NCBI GenBank assembly: GCA_964234715.1
Contig: OZ174278.1
Length of the DNA: 64,000 nt
Source of the DNA: Podarcis melisellensis
Lineage: Eukaryota
Strand: one strand, 5' to 3'
Under the pieces are notes generated by a model, which ran no database searches, had not been told where the DNA came from, and saw only the letters and a program-made list of their open reading frames with translations. Positions 27,812 to 39,422 of this stretch are shown piece by piece; positions within the stretch are counted from its first letter, which is position 1, and every line of letters begins with the position of its first letter. The translations under genes were made by a program, and so were the position numbers.

Positions 27812-28263
27812 TACATTATGCATCCCCTAGAAGGGGGATGGGAAGGAGGGGGCGATAATAGAATGAACAGTCAGCAATTGCTACAAAAGGGCTATAAGCA
27901 AGAAAGGGGGAGCTTTGGAAGGCAGTAGTTGATCTAACTCCCACCCACCCCTTTAAGTGGAAAACGCCGTTTTGAACATTTGGCACAGCCCTACTCATAA
28001 CACTACTGCTCTCAAAATAAGGGTCACTGCTTGAGATGCACACACCCTGCAGCACATTGCTTAAGTAGAGGAGGAGGAGGAGGACAGCCTCCAGCCAATC
28101 ACACCAATTCCCTTTTTTGTTTTCATAATCTCAAGACTGTTTACTGCAGAGATGGGGATTTGCATCTGGCCAGCAGGCCAAGTTCACAAGTGGCTAACCC
28201 TTCAAGGGCCATTCTGAAGCCTGTCTCAATAGGCCAGGGTTACATTCAACGACCTTTTACTCA

Positions 28264-28330
28264 AGAGTAGACCCACTCAAATTAATGGGCGTGGCTAACT
28301 TGGGTCCATTAATTTCAGTGGGTCTACTCT
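28264..28330. repeat. Short imperfect palindrome (MITE-like hairpin)
   Basis: agagtagacccact.aaattaatgg ... ccattaattt.agtgggtctactct. Confidence 0.7.
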
Positions 28331-28439
28331 TAATAAACTTTTGCGGAACACGGTCCTTGATGTCAGGTGACTGAAGCCACGACAGCTTCTTAACAGCTTT
28401 TATTTTAATAAATTAATTCGATGGGGCTAATTCCAAGGT

Positions 28440-29480
28440 TAGTGTTTAGGATCGTAGCCTCTCTAACCGAAGCGCTAGCCCTGGTCAGGGACGCTCTCCC
28501 TGTGCAGTGCACAAGTCCCTTTTAATATTGTTCCTTATTAGAGCAGTCCCTTTAAACGACGCTTCTGGCCGTTCGGGTTAAAACCAAACCCAAGAAAACG
28601 TAATAATTATATAATCTGGTTTCCCCTCAGGAAAGAGGGAACCTCCGGGAACTGCGTCTGTTGGCCTTTTATCGTGGCGGCAACAGCCGCTAGAGGGAGA
28701 GCGAGAGCGACCTCCTCAGCTGACAACTCCGGGCAAGCTGCTAGTCGGCCAGGGCGCGGCGGAGGAAGGCGGGGCATGAAGGCAGACGCCTGAAGGAGAC
28801 TTGCCGGCCTTCGTTGTAGCGCCCCAGAGGGCTTGAACCCGGGACGCGGGTGCCGGGTTTCAGCGGCGACCACTCAGCACCCCATGCGCAAGATGCTGGC
28901 CGCGCTCTCTCGCCTGCTGCAAGGCCCGGCTGCTCACAGACCGGTGAGTGAGGCACTGGGGACGGAAGGTCGTGAGGGAAGGGCGGCGGCGGCGGCTTCT
29001 TCTCCAGTATTTGGAAGCTTGTCTCGAGGCGGGGGTGGGGTGGGGGCTGTCCTCGAGCGCCAGCTGCGAAATGACCGTTATTTCTCTCCCTCCTCCTCTG
29101 TCGGCGGGGAGGCCTCGCGAGAGGAATAGAGCGCGAGCCCCTCGGGACCGAGGCCTCGTGGCAAATTCACGCGCGCGCGTTGGTCAGGTGCAGATGGTAC
29201 AAGAGCCTCGTATTTCGCAGCGGTTGCATTTCAACGAGTGAACCTCCAGAAGCTCCTTGGGCGCCTTATTCTTCTCTTTTTCTTAATAACCCCCCCCCTC
29301 ACTGTGTCCTCCATTGCGGTGCGTGTTGTCCGTCGGCTTATCGTGGGCCCCGCAGTAGAATTCTGCCGCGTCTCTCCAGTTTCCATAGGAGTAGGGGGAT
29401 TGGGGAAAAAACCACCCACACATCTCGCAACCAGTGCGCCCCTTTGGTTTCAGGTGAGTCTAAAAAGCCGGGACGCAAAT
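28440..29480 (+). promoter_or_regulatory. CpG island / PDHA1 promoter and start of intron 1
   Basis: Sharp rise in GC and CpG around exon 1; GC box GGCGGGGC at 28768; near-BANP motif CCTCGCGAGA at 29113; no obvious TATA box. Confidence 0.85.
28884..28943 (+). CDS. PDHA1: PDHA1 exon 1 (MRKMLAALSRLLQGPAAHRP), mitochondrial presequence
   Basis: ATG in the CpG island; typical vertebrate PDHA1 N-terminus MRKMLAA; donor CCG|GTGAGT. Confidence 0.95.
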
Positions 29481-30095
29481 TTTCACTGCCCACTAGTGGC
29501 TATGGTGGCTCATTTACCAAAAGTAATGTATTCAGCCTTAACTTTGGAAGTGTATATGTACTCGATTCTGACCAAACGAAGCCTCTTCTATTTGTGTCCC
29601 TGGCTTTTTAGACTTCTCTACCCATGTATTATCTGAAACCAAAGAGGCACATTGGGAGCCAGATGTGAAATATATCAGCATTAATTTCAGCTCCCCAGCC
29701 CCACTAATGTTACCCAAGCATAGAAGACAGGTGTCTCTGCTCTTCTGTTGCTGCTTAATTAACGTGCAAAAAGAATGAACGGGAGGAAGAACCGCATTAC
29801 AGGACTGCCATAAATCATTATCTCAACTGAAACAGCGTTCTCCTCTCCTGTCACAAGTATATAATACTGTACTAGACTGCACTGCAGGGCTGTTGTAATC
29901 TCTCTCCCCCCCTCTCTCTCCCCCCTCTCTCTCTCTCTCTGCTTCAGCCCCACCCCCCACATGCAATAGAGGTCTACATTTGGACAACACTACAGGGGTC
30001 CTAAGACTGCTTAAAGCTGGGTCACACTCAACCACAGCCCTTTTCTATCTGCAGTATGGGGGCAATTGAGGCACACCACCCCAATCTCTGAGTGG

Positions 30096-30320
30096 TGTGA
30101 GGTTCCAGGCTCTTACCCATGAGGGATAGCAGACTGTGGTGTATTTATGATAGATGGTTTATTTACACATATATACATCCTAAGCCTATGATGGGGGTGT
30201 TGACAGCATTAACACCCCAAGAAGGTCTTTTTTCTCCCATAGCCACAGCCTTGAAATCAAGCATGTCTCTCTCTCTCTCTCAAAGGTTTCAGTCTGCTTC
30301 TTCCCCCTGCTTCTAGCTTA
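30096..30320 (-). mobile_element. LTR-like repeat fragment (copy 2, PDHA1 intron 1)
   Basis: Shares tgtgagg.tccagg, atggtttatttacaca and ccatagccacagccttg with copy 1. Confidence 0.5.
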
Positions 30321-31840
30321 CACACACAACTCAGCTCTGGCTTTTGTCTTTTTCTAGGGCACTATCAGTGAATTGAGGGAAATGGATATACTGGTGCTTA
30401 ATTCCAGCTACGTTAAAATCTTGGATTTCTCCATTGATTTATATGAGGACATAATAGAACTTATTTACTGCTTATTGCTACATGTCTCTCTAATACAGTA
30501 CTCTTGCTGTCATCCAGCCTCACAGCTCACTAGAATGCCAGGCAATATTGTGGGCTCCATACTACACAGGCGTGCTCTTATCCCAGCCCTTCTCTTGTCA
30601 TTCCACAGTGAGCCTCAACAGGATCACCTACTCTATCCATTAGGAAGTCCCCTAAAGCATTCAGGAATCTTATCAGCCTCCATAAGCCTCTGTGATTCCC
30701 CCACCACTGCAATGGGAAATAGCTGCTCTGACACACACACACACACACACCCCACATATTTTCAGACCACCCCTCACCCCACTTGGGACAAAAGTCAAGT
30801 CAAGGGTATATCCTGCTGTGCATGTCAAGCTGGTAACAAGCTGATACAGTCCCTGGAAGTTATGAAATCTGAACTGGTCCCAGACTAGCCTCAGCATGGA
30901 TGTTGAAGTCAATCAGGATCATGGTTTGCTCAAGAGTACCTTTGTCAGGGAGGCTTTCCTTATCTATCTCAGTTCCTTTACAATTCACTGTAAACCTCTA
31001 CCTACTTAGCTAGGAGCAAGTGCCATTGCTGTTTCTGACTAAGCACGTAATGTTTATAATTCACTTTCCCCACCCATAATACAGAAGACAAGATAATCTA
31101 ATTATTTTACTGTACTTCTGAGCTTTGGCATACCATAACGTACCAATCAGGCCAATCATTGTACTTACTTACAGATGTGCAATTTGCACATGTAACACAA
31201 TGAGAATAGGTACTCAAATAGTGCTCAACATTTTAATACATATGCAATCTGGGTGGGTTTTCTTTCCTGCCAGAAGTTTACAATGGGGTTTTGCTTTGAA
31301 TAATGCACACTCTAGATGTCAGTTTTATACTTGGCAACAAGTTCTAAACTACGTAAAGGTTACAAAGGAATTTTTCCTTAGATTCCTTTATCTTCTAGCA
31401 ACCCAACATGTGGAAGCTTTGGCTAAAGGATTCTTCACACATCATGACTTACTTGCACAAGATGCATTTCTGTGTTGTAGTTTGCTTGTAATGTAGATGA
31501 TCACAAAGAGAGACAGTATTGCATAGGTGTTGTATGCAGTTGTATGCAATACTTTTAAAGCAATAAGAGACACCTCTTATTGCTTTAAAAGTATTGGCCT
31601 TTATTCTGTTGAACTGGCATACTACAAAATTAGATTAACATTTTCAAGTCTATTTTTCAATCTGTTTCACATAGAGAAGAATCCATTGCTGAATAAAAGT
31701 AAATAGGCCTAATTAAAAACAAGAATTAAAATTTGATGCTCCTAATTGGTTCATGGGGAATATTTTCCCCAAGATTTGTGATAGTATCTGACATAATTTT
31801 CTGTTTTGTTTCCCCACCCACCCCAATTCTGCTGCTCTAG

Positions 31841-31855
31841 GGAGCTGTTAGTGAG
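31841..31855 (+). CDS. PDHA1: Candidate PDHA1 15-nt alternative microexon (GAVSE)
   Basis: Pyrimidine tract followed by ctgctgctctag|GGAGCTGTTAGTGAG|gtaaga; phase 0-0 and frame-preserving between exons 1 and 2. Confidence 0.75.
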
Positions 31856-34800
31856 GTAAGACCCACACGATTATATTAATTGTATGTTCTTTCTGCATAC
31901 ATAATTTGATAAAGGAAAAAAAAAGTTCTGCCTGTCATTCTGACTAGTTTTCTTTTTGTGTTCACATGCAACACTAATCCAAGAAGCATTGTTTATCTGT
32001 AAGCAGCTTATACGCTTACAAATATATTTACATATTTGTATATGGTGCTGTTGGACTTCCTCCTGCAGTCAGTCCAGCCAGTGTGACCCGTGGTTGGGAA
32101 TGGTGGGAGCTGTTGTCAAAACAACCTCTGGAGGGCCACAGATTCTTATCCCTGTAATAAAGTTTTTTACTGCATCTCCATATTATTAATTCTTTGGAGG
32201 GGACAGTGGTGGAGTGGGGAATAAGATAAATAAACAATAAACAAACCACCTACATTTAGTGTAGGAAGTGTTAACTTGATATGGCATTTCTGTTATGCAC
32301 TGCTGAATTGTTCAGTGAGGATTTTTTTCTTAATTATTCTTTAACTGTTTTTCTTTCAACATTGTGAAGTGTGTTATAGTTTTATACCATCCTGGAATGA
32401 ATGGTGGTTAAGAACTGTACAGTAATAATACTAGTTATGTTCTAGTGCATGCAGCTTGAGCATTTCCTCTTCTTGAGTGGGGACAAATCATAAAGAATAG
32501 TTTCAAACCAGCGCTTATTATTCTCTGCAAGTCAGAATCAAAAAGCAAGATTTATTTTTGGCTTAGGAGAAATAAATCATGAATGCTAGTTTAGACATAA
32601 TGCTGTGCCAGCTGGACACTGCCTCACTTTGCATAAATGTCACTTTATATTTTTTTAAAAAAAGTTCTTTCCCTACCACAGAGGAAAACCTTAAGAATGG
32701 CTACCATAGAAACTAATTGGGGATTGTTAAAATATACAAGCAATCCTGTAGCTATTAAATATTTCTGGTTAGCCTATTGAAAAAGGTCCTACACTTCATG
32801 AAATCATAAAGCAATATTTTTTTACCACTCCAAAGAAGGTGTTACGACCTCCCTTAAATTCCTCATAATGGTTCCTGTAGTCATATGTTCTGCTGTCATT
32901 TAGTTATGGCTGTGTAAAAGGGGTGGCTAAATTGGGGCTGTCCATATGTTATTGAGACTCTCAGTTCTCATGAGCCAGCATGGGCAATGTGTGAGCTTAG
33001 GAATAATAGTCCAGTGGTATCTAGAGGACTGCATGCTAGTGACCCCTGCTGTACAACTGATTGTAAAAAACTCGACTCTCTACCTATCCTGCGTAGACAT
33101 TACATGGCATGAGGATCACTGCCAATCATTGTTTGCATTTATATGTCGTAACACAGCTATAATTGGCGGGAGCACTGGGAATAATATATATTGCATAGTT
33201 CCCTAAATTCTGTACAATATTTAAAGAAGGGAAGAATATTACCTATTCTAGCGTGTCCAGCTTTGTTCCTTAATTCTTCTTCCCATCTATACCAATTATG
33301 CAAATAGAACAGTGACACCTACTGCTATAATATACCTAGTAAACAGTGCTTGTTTGCTGCTATGATATGCCTCTCTTATTTCAAATTCCTCCAGGCCCCT
33401 GGATTTTCCTACTCCAGTTTTTCCTCTGTGTCTATCCTCATGCTTTTGCTATTCATCTTTGATTCCTTGTGACTAGTTCCTTCCTTTAATTTTGAATTAT
33501 GGTTAGTTTAGTATTGTATTTAGACAGTTATGTGAACATCTTTGAACAGAAATCTGTATGAAATGTGGTATACTGTATAAATGAACTGACTACGACTATG
33601 ACCTAATATACAAAAAATACTTACTGCAACTTAAATAGTGCAGTTGCCTGCAGACTGAATTTCCTAAACACGAACTTAAAACACAAAAGCCAACACATTT
33701 AATTATTTACCCTTATTTTATTTGTGACATGTTTATTTCTTCCTTTATGGAGATCTAGTTAGCTTATGTTGTTTTTTCCACTCTTCCATGTGAATCTCAC
33801 CAAAAGATTACGCTGACTGATGGAGACTAGTCCAAGATTACCCAGGGCACTTTATGCCTGAGTGGAAATTTAAATCCAGGTTTCCCCAGTTTTAGTCCAA
33901 CACTCACCACTACACCACCAGTACTCTCACACAACACCAGCTGGGGCTTATTAATAAATTACCTATGTCGAGTACGCATCTTGTCGTATGATGACCAGTG
34001 TAATTGGTTTAGTGACCAGTTCTTTCTACCCTGCTCCAGCACCATATACAGCAGGGGTGACTAACCCCTGGAGGGTTCTTTTGTGGACTTTTAAAAAAAG
34101 AAATTAAAAACCTCTCTGCTTTTATGAGTGTGCGCTGTGGTGCCAATGGGTTTTTTTGGCTGTCCAAGGCCCCCAATTGGTTCATTTTAAAAAGAAAGAT
34201 TATTTAAATATAAATTAAGGGTGGTTTTTTAATACATTTTTTAAATTAACAGTACCTACAAGTACCACTGTGTGTCAAAAGGATCCACTAAAATCTATCT
34301 TTTCTTCTTTGTCTTTTAAAATTAAATTTGCTGTGCCCACTTTGACATGTAGGCTCTGAAGGGTTGACTATGAGTCAATGCCGCCCTTGTCATGAAAAAG
34401 ATTTGCTGTCCTTGCTATTCCACTTTTTTCCCTTAACCATAAGTCCTCTCTCTTTCCTGCCCACTTCTTTAAAAAGCTCAAGCGAGGCGTGTGACTTATT
34501 CCTCTGTTGCACAGGATGTCATTCTCTCTTCTGCATTAAGGGTTGCCAGATTTTTATTTGAATCTGAGCACTGAAACACTGGCGTTTGAAAAAAGTAACA
34601 TCCTTTTTTAAACATGATAATGATCTAGCATAATGGAACAAACAGATGGGAAATTTTGGGCAGAGCATGGATTAGGCGGAGAATATATTCTTTGTTGGGA
34701 AAGGATCAAAGGGCTTTCACCCTGCTTGCTCTGACTTTTCCATCATGGCCAGCAGAGCATACGGAGTTTGTGCACCTGTGCCCATGTGTGGAGTGAGGTC

Positions 34801-35083
34801 ACAGAGCAGCTTGTTTGAACCTTAGCTGTTCAGTGGTTGTAAGCATATATGTTTAAACTTTTATATGGTTTTAGAAGTGTGACAAGATCATACAGGATGA
34901 TACTTGATGTTTAATTCCTTTGCATGTAGAAACATCGTTTCTGGAGCATAGATTGCAGTCTGCAATCATGTCAACTGTGTTGTATGTTGAAGTTGGAATC
35001 TTCTCTATATTGTGAAGGCATGAACATCTTTAAAAAACAAAAGTGCCTTAAACTAACAGCCATCTTTTTATTATCTTTAAAAG

Positions 35084-35152
35084 GTTGCCCGTGTAGTTGT
35101 TGCATCTCGTAATTATGCAGATTTTGCAAGTGAGGCTACATTTGAAATTAAG
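35084..35152 (+). CDS. PDHA1: PDHA1 exon 2 (VARVVVASRNYADFASEATFEIK)
   Basis: aag| acceptor and AAG|GTAAGC donor; contains the R-3-type presequence cleavage motif SRNY/A. Confidence 0.93.
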
Positions 35153-35391
35153 GTAAGCAACTTGATTACTTTTAAAAATGCTAATGTATATAGTGTTTCT
35201 TACATAATTTATAATTTAAAAGTCAGTAAGATGTAGACAAGGGATGTAGACAAGGTACTCATTCAGGGCGACCACTTATGCTCTGGACCCTTGCCCCTCG
35301 TGGCTGATAAAAACTAGCAGGGAAAGGACATCTGGCTGGGCTAAGGAAGTGCTTAATGCCTCCTTGTGAGAGGGGGCAGCCCCTGCCTTTA

Positions 35392-36033
35392 ATTATTTTT
35401 ATTATTTATTATTTATACCCTGCCCATCTGGCTGGGTTTCTCCAGCCACTCTGGGCAGCTTCCAACAAAATATTAAAATACAATAATCTGTTAAACATTA
35501 AAAGCTTCCCTAAACAGGGCTGCCTTCAGATGTCTTCTAAAAGTATGGTAGTTGTTTTTCTCTTTGACATCTGGTGGAAGGGTGTTCCACAGGGCGAGTG
35601 CCACTGCCGAGAAGGCCCTCTGTCTGGTTCCCTGTAACTTGGCTTCTCGTAGTGAGGGAACCACCAGAAGGCCCTCAGCACTGGACCTCAGTGTCCATGC
35701 AGAATGATGGGGGTGGAGACATTCCTTCAGGTATACTGAAGGCCATTTAGGGCTTTAAAGGTCAGCACCAACACTTTGAATTGTGCTCGGAAACGTACTG
35801 GGATCCAATGTAGGTCTTTCAACTGCTGTTACGTGGTCTCGGTGGCCGTTCCCGGTCACCTGTCTAGCTGCCGCATTCTGGATTAGTTGTAGTTTCCGGG
35901 TCACCTTAAAAGGTAGCCCCACATAGAGCGCATTGCAATAGTGCAAGCGAGAGATAACTAGAGCATGCACCACTCTGGCGAGACAGTCTGCGGGCAGGTA
36001 GGGTCTCAGCCTGCGTACCAGATGGAGCTGGTA
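35392..36033 (-). mobile_element. L2-type LINE 3' end
   Basis: ORF 35755..35973 VHALVISRLHYCNALYVGLP...QNAAAR is the typical L2-clade RT C-terminal motif; AT-rich tail at 35392. Confidence 0.85.
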
Positions 36034-36515
36034 AAGAAGAAGGCAGTGCTAAAAAGAAACCCTCCTTGGAATGGGAAAATCTAAGTTACTACCAGCCAAT
36101 TGCTAATATCATGTTCTTAGGCATGATTCTTGGGTGGTTGGTTGCAGACCAGATTCAAATGCTCTTGGAGAAAACTGATTTTCTAGATCCATTTCAATCA
36201 GGGTTTGGGCACAGAAACTGCTATGGTCAACGTATAATAACTTATGTCGGGAGAGAAACAGGGGAAATGTATCCATGTTAATTCTTCTTGACTTCTCAGT
36301 GGCTTTGATGCCACCAGCCATGGTATTCTTCTGTGCAGCTGTCCAAGTTGGGGGTGGGTGGCACTGTTTTGCAGTTGTTCTGGTCCTACTTGTCTATGCT
36401 CTGGTAACCTCTAGGTTAGAGTACTGCAACACATACATAGGGCTGCCTCTGAAGACGGTTTGGAAACTTCAGCTGGTGTAGAATTCAGCAGCCAGGTTAC
36501 TCACTGGGACAAGTA

Positions 36516-37540
36516 CCGTATTTTTCGCACCATAGGACACACCGGACAATAGGATGCACCTTGTTTTAGAGGGGGGAGAACAAGAAAAAAAAATTCTCTC
36601 CCTCTCTGCCCAGCGCCCCTTCAGCGAAGCGGCAGGAGGCGCTGCACAGAGAGGGGGAGAATTACCCCCCCTTGTTTTCCCCCTCTAAAACAAGGTGCCG
36701 TTTAAGGTGCGTTCAGACGCCTTCAGGCAGCTACCTTAGAAGCCTGGAGAGCGAGAGGGGTCGGTGCACACTGACCCCTCTCACTCTCCAGGCTTCAGGT
36801 TCCTTTCGACCTGCTCTTTGGGGCTGGCAGGGGGAAGCCCACCACCAGCCCCAAAGAGCAGGTCGGGGAGCAGCGGAAAGGCGTGCGGCTATAGAGGTTC
36901 CTGCCATAGCCGCATGTCACCTCTCCAGCCGGGAGAGGGTCGCGGGGGCTTCTTTAGTCCCGTGCGCGCTCTCCCGGCTGGAGAGGTGGCGCGTGGCTAT
37001 AGAGGCTCCTGCCATAGCTGCGTGTCACCTCTCCAGCCGGGAGAGGGTCGCTGGGGGCTTCTTTAGCCCCGCGCGCACTCTCCCAGCTGGAGAGGTGGCG
37101 CGCGGCTATAGAGGCTCCTGCCATAGCTGCGTGTCACCTCTCCAGCCGGGAAAGGGTCGCTGGGGGCTTCTTTAGCCCCACGCGCGCTCTCTCAGCTGGA
37201 GAGGTGGCGCGCGGCTATAGAGGCTCCTGCCATAGCCGCATGTCACCTCTCCAGCTGGGAGAGGGTCGCGGGGGGAGCCCTGTGCGTGCTCTCCCAGCTG
37301 GAGAGGTGGCGTGCAGCTATAGAGGTTCCTGCCATAGCCGCATGTCACCTCTCCAGCCGGGAGAGGGTTGCGGGGGGGGGGCTTCTTTAGCCCCGTGCGC
37401 GCTCTCCCGGCTGGAGAGGTGGCGCGCGGCTATAGAGGCTCCTGCCATAGCTGCGTGTCACCTCTCCAGCCGGGAGAGGGTCGCAGGGCTATGCTGTCTT
37501 CGCTCCATAGGACGCACACACATTTCCCCCTTCATTTTTG
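36516..37540. mobile_element. Tc1/mariner (Tc2-like) MITE with internal minisatellite; distal TIR missing
   Basis: TA|CCGTATTTTTCGC start; subterminal sequence shared with intact copy 63032-63377. Confidence 0.8.
36880..37490. repeat. GC-rich ~109-bp tandem repeat (~5.6 units), each unit palindromic
   Basis: TATAGAGG recurs at 36890, 36998, 37107, 37216, 37318 and 37431. Confidence 0.95.
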
Positions 37541-38794
37541 AGCATATTACACTGATCCTAGCATGACTGCACTGGCTGCCAGTTAGTTTCTGAGCCCAAT
37601 TCAAAGTGCTAGTTTTCATCTCTAAAACCTTAAATGTCTCTGGACAGCAATACATCAAGGTCTACATCTCTCATATGAACCTACCTGGACCCTCAGGTCA
37701 TCATCTGAAGCCCTTCTTTGTGTGCTTCCTCTGTGAGAGGTCCGGAGGGTGTAGTAACATGAGAACAGGCCTCTTCTGCAGTAGCTCCCCGTTTGTGGAA
37801 CGCTCTGCCTATGGAGATTTGGCTGGTACCTTCATTATCCACCTCTAGGTGCGAGGTGCTCTTCAACCAGACATTGGACTGATTAACATCCCATACCCCT
37901 TTAAATGTTTTTGTGGAACGAGGTGTGGGGAGGAAGGTTTATTGGTTAGTAGTTTTCTGTTCTTGTTTTTATCATGTATGTTTTGTTTTTATATTGTGAA
38001 CTGCCCTGAGAGCTACTAATTCAATCAATCAATCAATCAATCAATAATGTAAGGCTACTTACAACACTCAAAGCAGTTTACAGGAAATATGTTTGCTGTT
38101 TCACAAAAAACTCCAATATCATGACAAAATACAATCAAATCATATTACTGTGCTATTCAAGTATTGTCTTTCACACTGAAATAGGCTTGGATTTTTAAAC
38201 ATTTTTTTTAAAAAAGCATGACTTCCCCAGGCCCTGATTTTCTTATACTGTAAATATATAAATCGTAGATCACAAATCTTTTTCGACCCATGGACACATT
38301 TTGATTTTAGAGTGAGTGCTATAGACACCCCTCACCTTTCCCCAGCAGTCACTACTTTCCATCAGATACACACACGAACACATATATGTACAAAGAAAGA
38401 ATGAATAGCACACATTTATACTTCATCTTTCCAGGGGATCTGTGTAAAAGTTAGATCCAGGATAATTAATCTGAGGTCTGAAAAGCGCATAAAGCTGAAA
38501 GAGGAAATGGAAAAGTACATCACTCTTCCAACTTCCTGCTTCAGCTCTGTATACTTTTCAAAGGAGCAAAAGTTAACCACTCTCATTGGATGCCAAGGAA
38601 AGACCTCAAAGGCATCATGGTGCCCACAGGATCAATACCCATTTTTTATAGCACAGATTTTAATTACATTTAAAGCAAGTAGTTATTGCCATACTTTGCC
38701 AATACCAAAAATTAATTACATATTTTGTAAGGAAATAGTTTCTGTGGTCTGCCCTGTTTATCAGTTTGTTGGATGATAGTTCTGTCCCGTGTCA

Positions 38795-38900
38795 GCAAGA
38801 TTTCCCTTGGTTTATCTACCTTTTCCACCTCCTGCATAGATTTATAAATCGTTGTCATGTCCCCCATTAAGTCTCCCGTTCCCCTGAGCAGAAGAGGCCC
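38795..38900 (-). mobile_element. CR1 LINE 3' fragment
   Basis: Peptide LMGDMTTIYKSMQEVEKVDK resembles the CR1 ORF2 C-terminal LRGDMIEVYKIM motif. Confidence 0.55.
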
Positions 38901-39248
38901 AAATATTTTCCCCTTTCCTTGAAGGTACTCTAATCCTAGAAACAGGTTAGGATTGCCCTGCTTATCAAGCATCTTAAGAGAATTGGAGGTCCCAGTCAGT
39001 GAAGTTACTAGCTTTTAGCATGGTGGTTCCAGACCACCTACCAACTATGTCTTTATGCTCTGTGATACTTTCATGCTAGAGCCTTGGCCACATGGGCACA
39101 GTAGGCAAAGGCAGGGGAAATATGGAGTAGTATTAGCTAAGAACGTGTTACTCTGATTTTCTTCAGGACTAGTCTGCAACCAGTAAGATTAAATAATCAT
39201 TTTGATATGGGAACCCCCCCCCTGACTTTTTTATCTTATTTCTCCCAG

Positions 39249-39422
39249 AAACATGATCTCCATCGCTTGGAGGAAGGACCGCCCACCACAGCTGTTTTGA
39301 CTCGAGAGCAGGGTCTGCAATATTACAAAACTATGCAGACTATTCGACGCATGGAATTGAAAGCAGACCAGTTGTATAAACAGAAAATTATTCGAGGCTT
39401 TTGTCATTTATATGATGGTCAG
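39249..39422 (+). CDS. PDHA1: PDHA1 exon 3 ([12 protein letters not shown]...[10 protein letters not shown])
   Basis: Within ORF 39207..39434; AG/GT boundaries; 174 nt. Confidence 0.97.

Larger units (their letters stand above)
36040..38046 (+). mobile_element. Decayed L2-type LINE interrupted by a MITE at 36516-37540
   Basis: FLDPFQSGF, LLDFS and SRLEYCN...GLPLK remnants; resumes after 37540 (LHWLP-like) and ends in a (TCAA)n tail. Confidence 0.75.

Noticed and set aside
28944-29129. Read-through of exon 1 into intron 1 (ORF 28833..29129), which also encodes VSE like the microexon
   Set aside because: The strong GTGAGT donor explains the sequence, and the ORF is open because of CpG-island composition. 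The VSE match is too short to argue for duplication.
36672-37566. Long ORFs with repeated peptides (36672..37175, 36764..37066, 37204..37566), and the array as a CRISPR-like structure
   Set aside because: The ORFs are by-products of a GC-rich tandem repeat inside a MITE. The units have no unique spacers, there are no cas genes, and the DNA is vertebrate.
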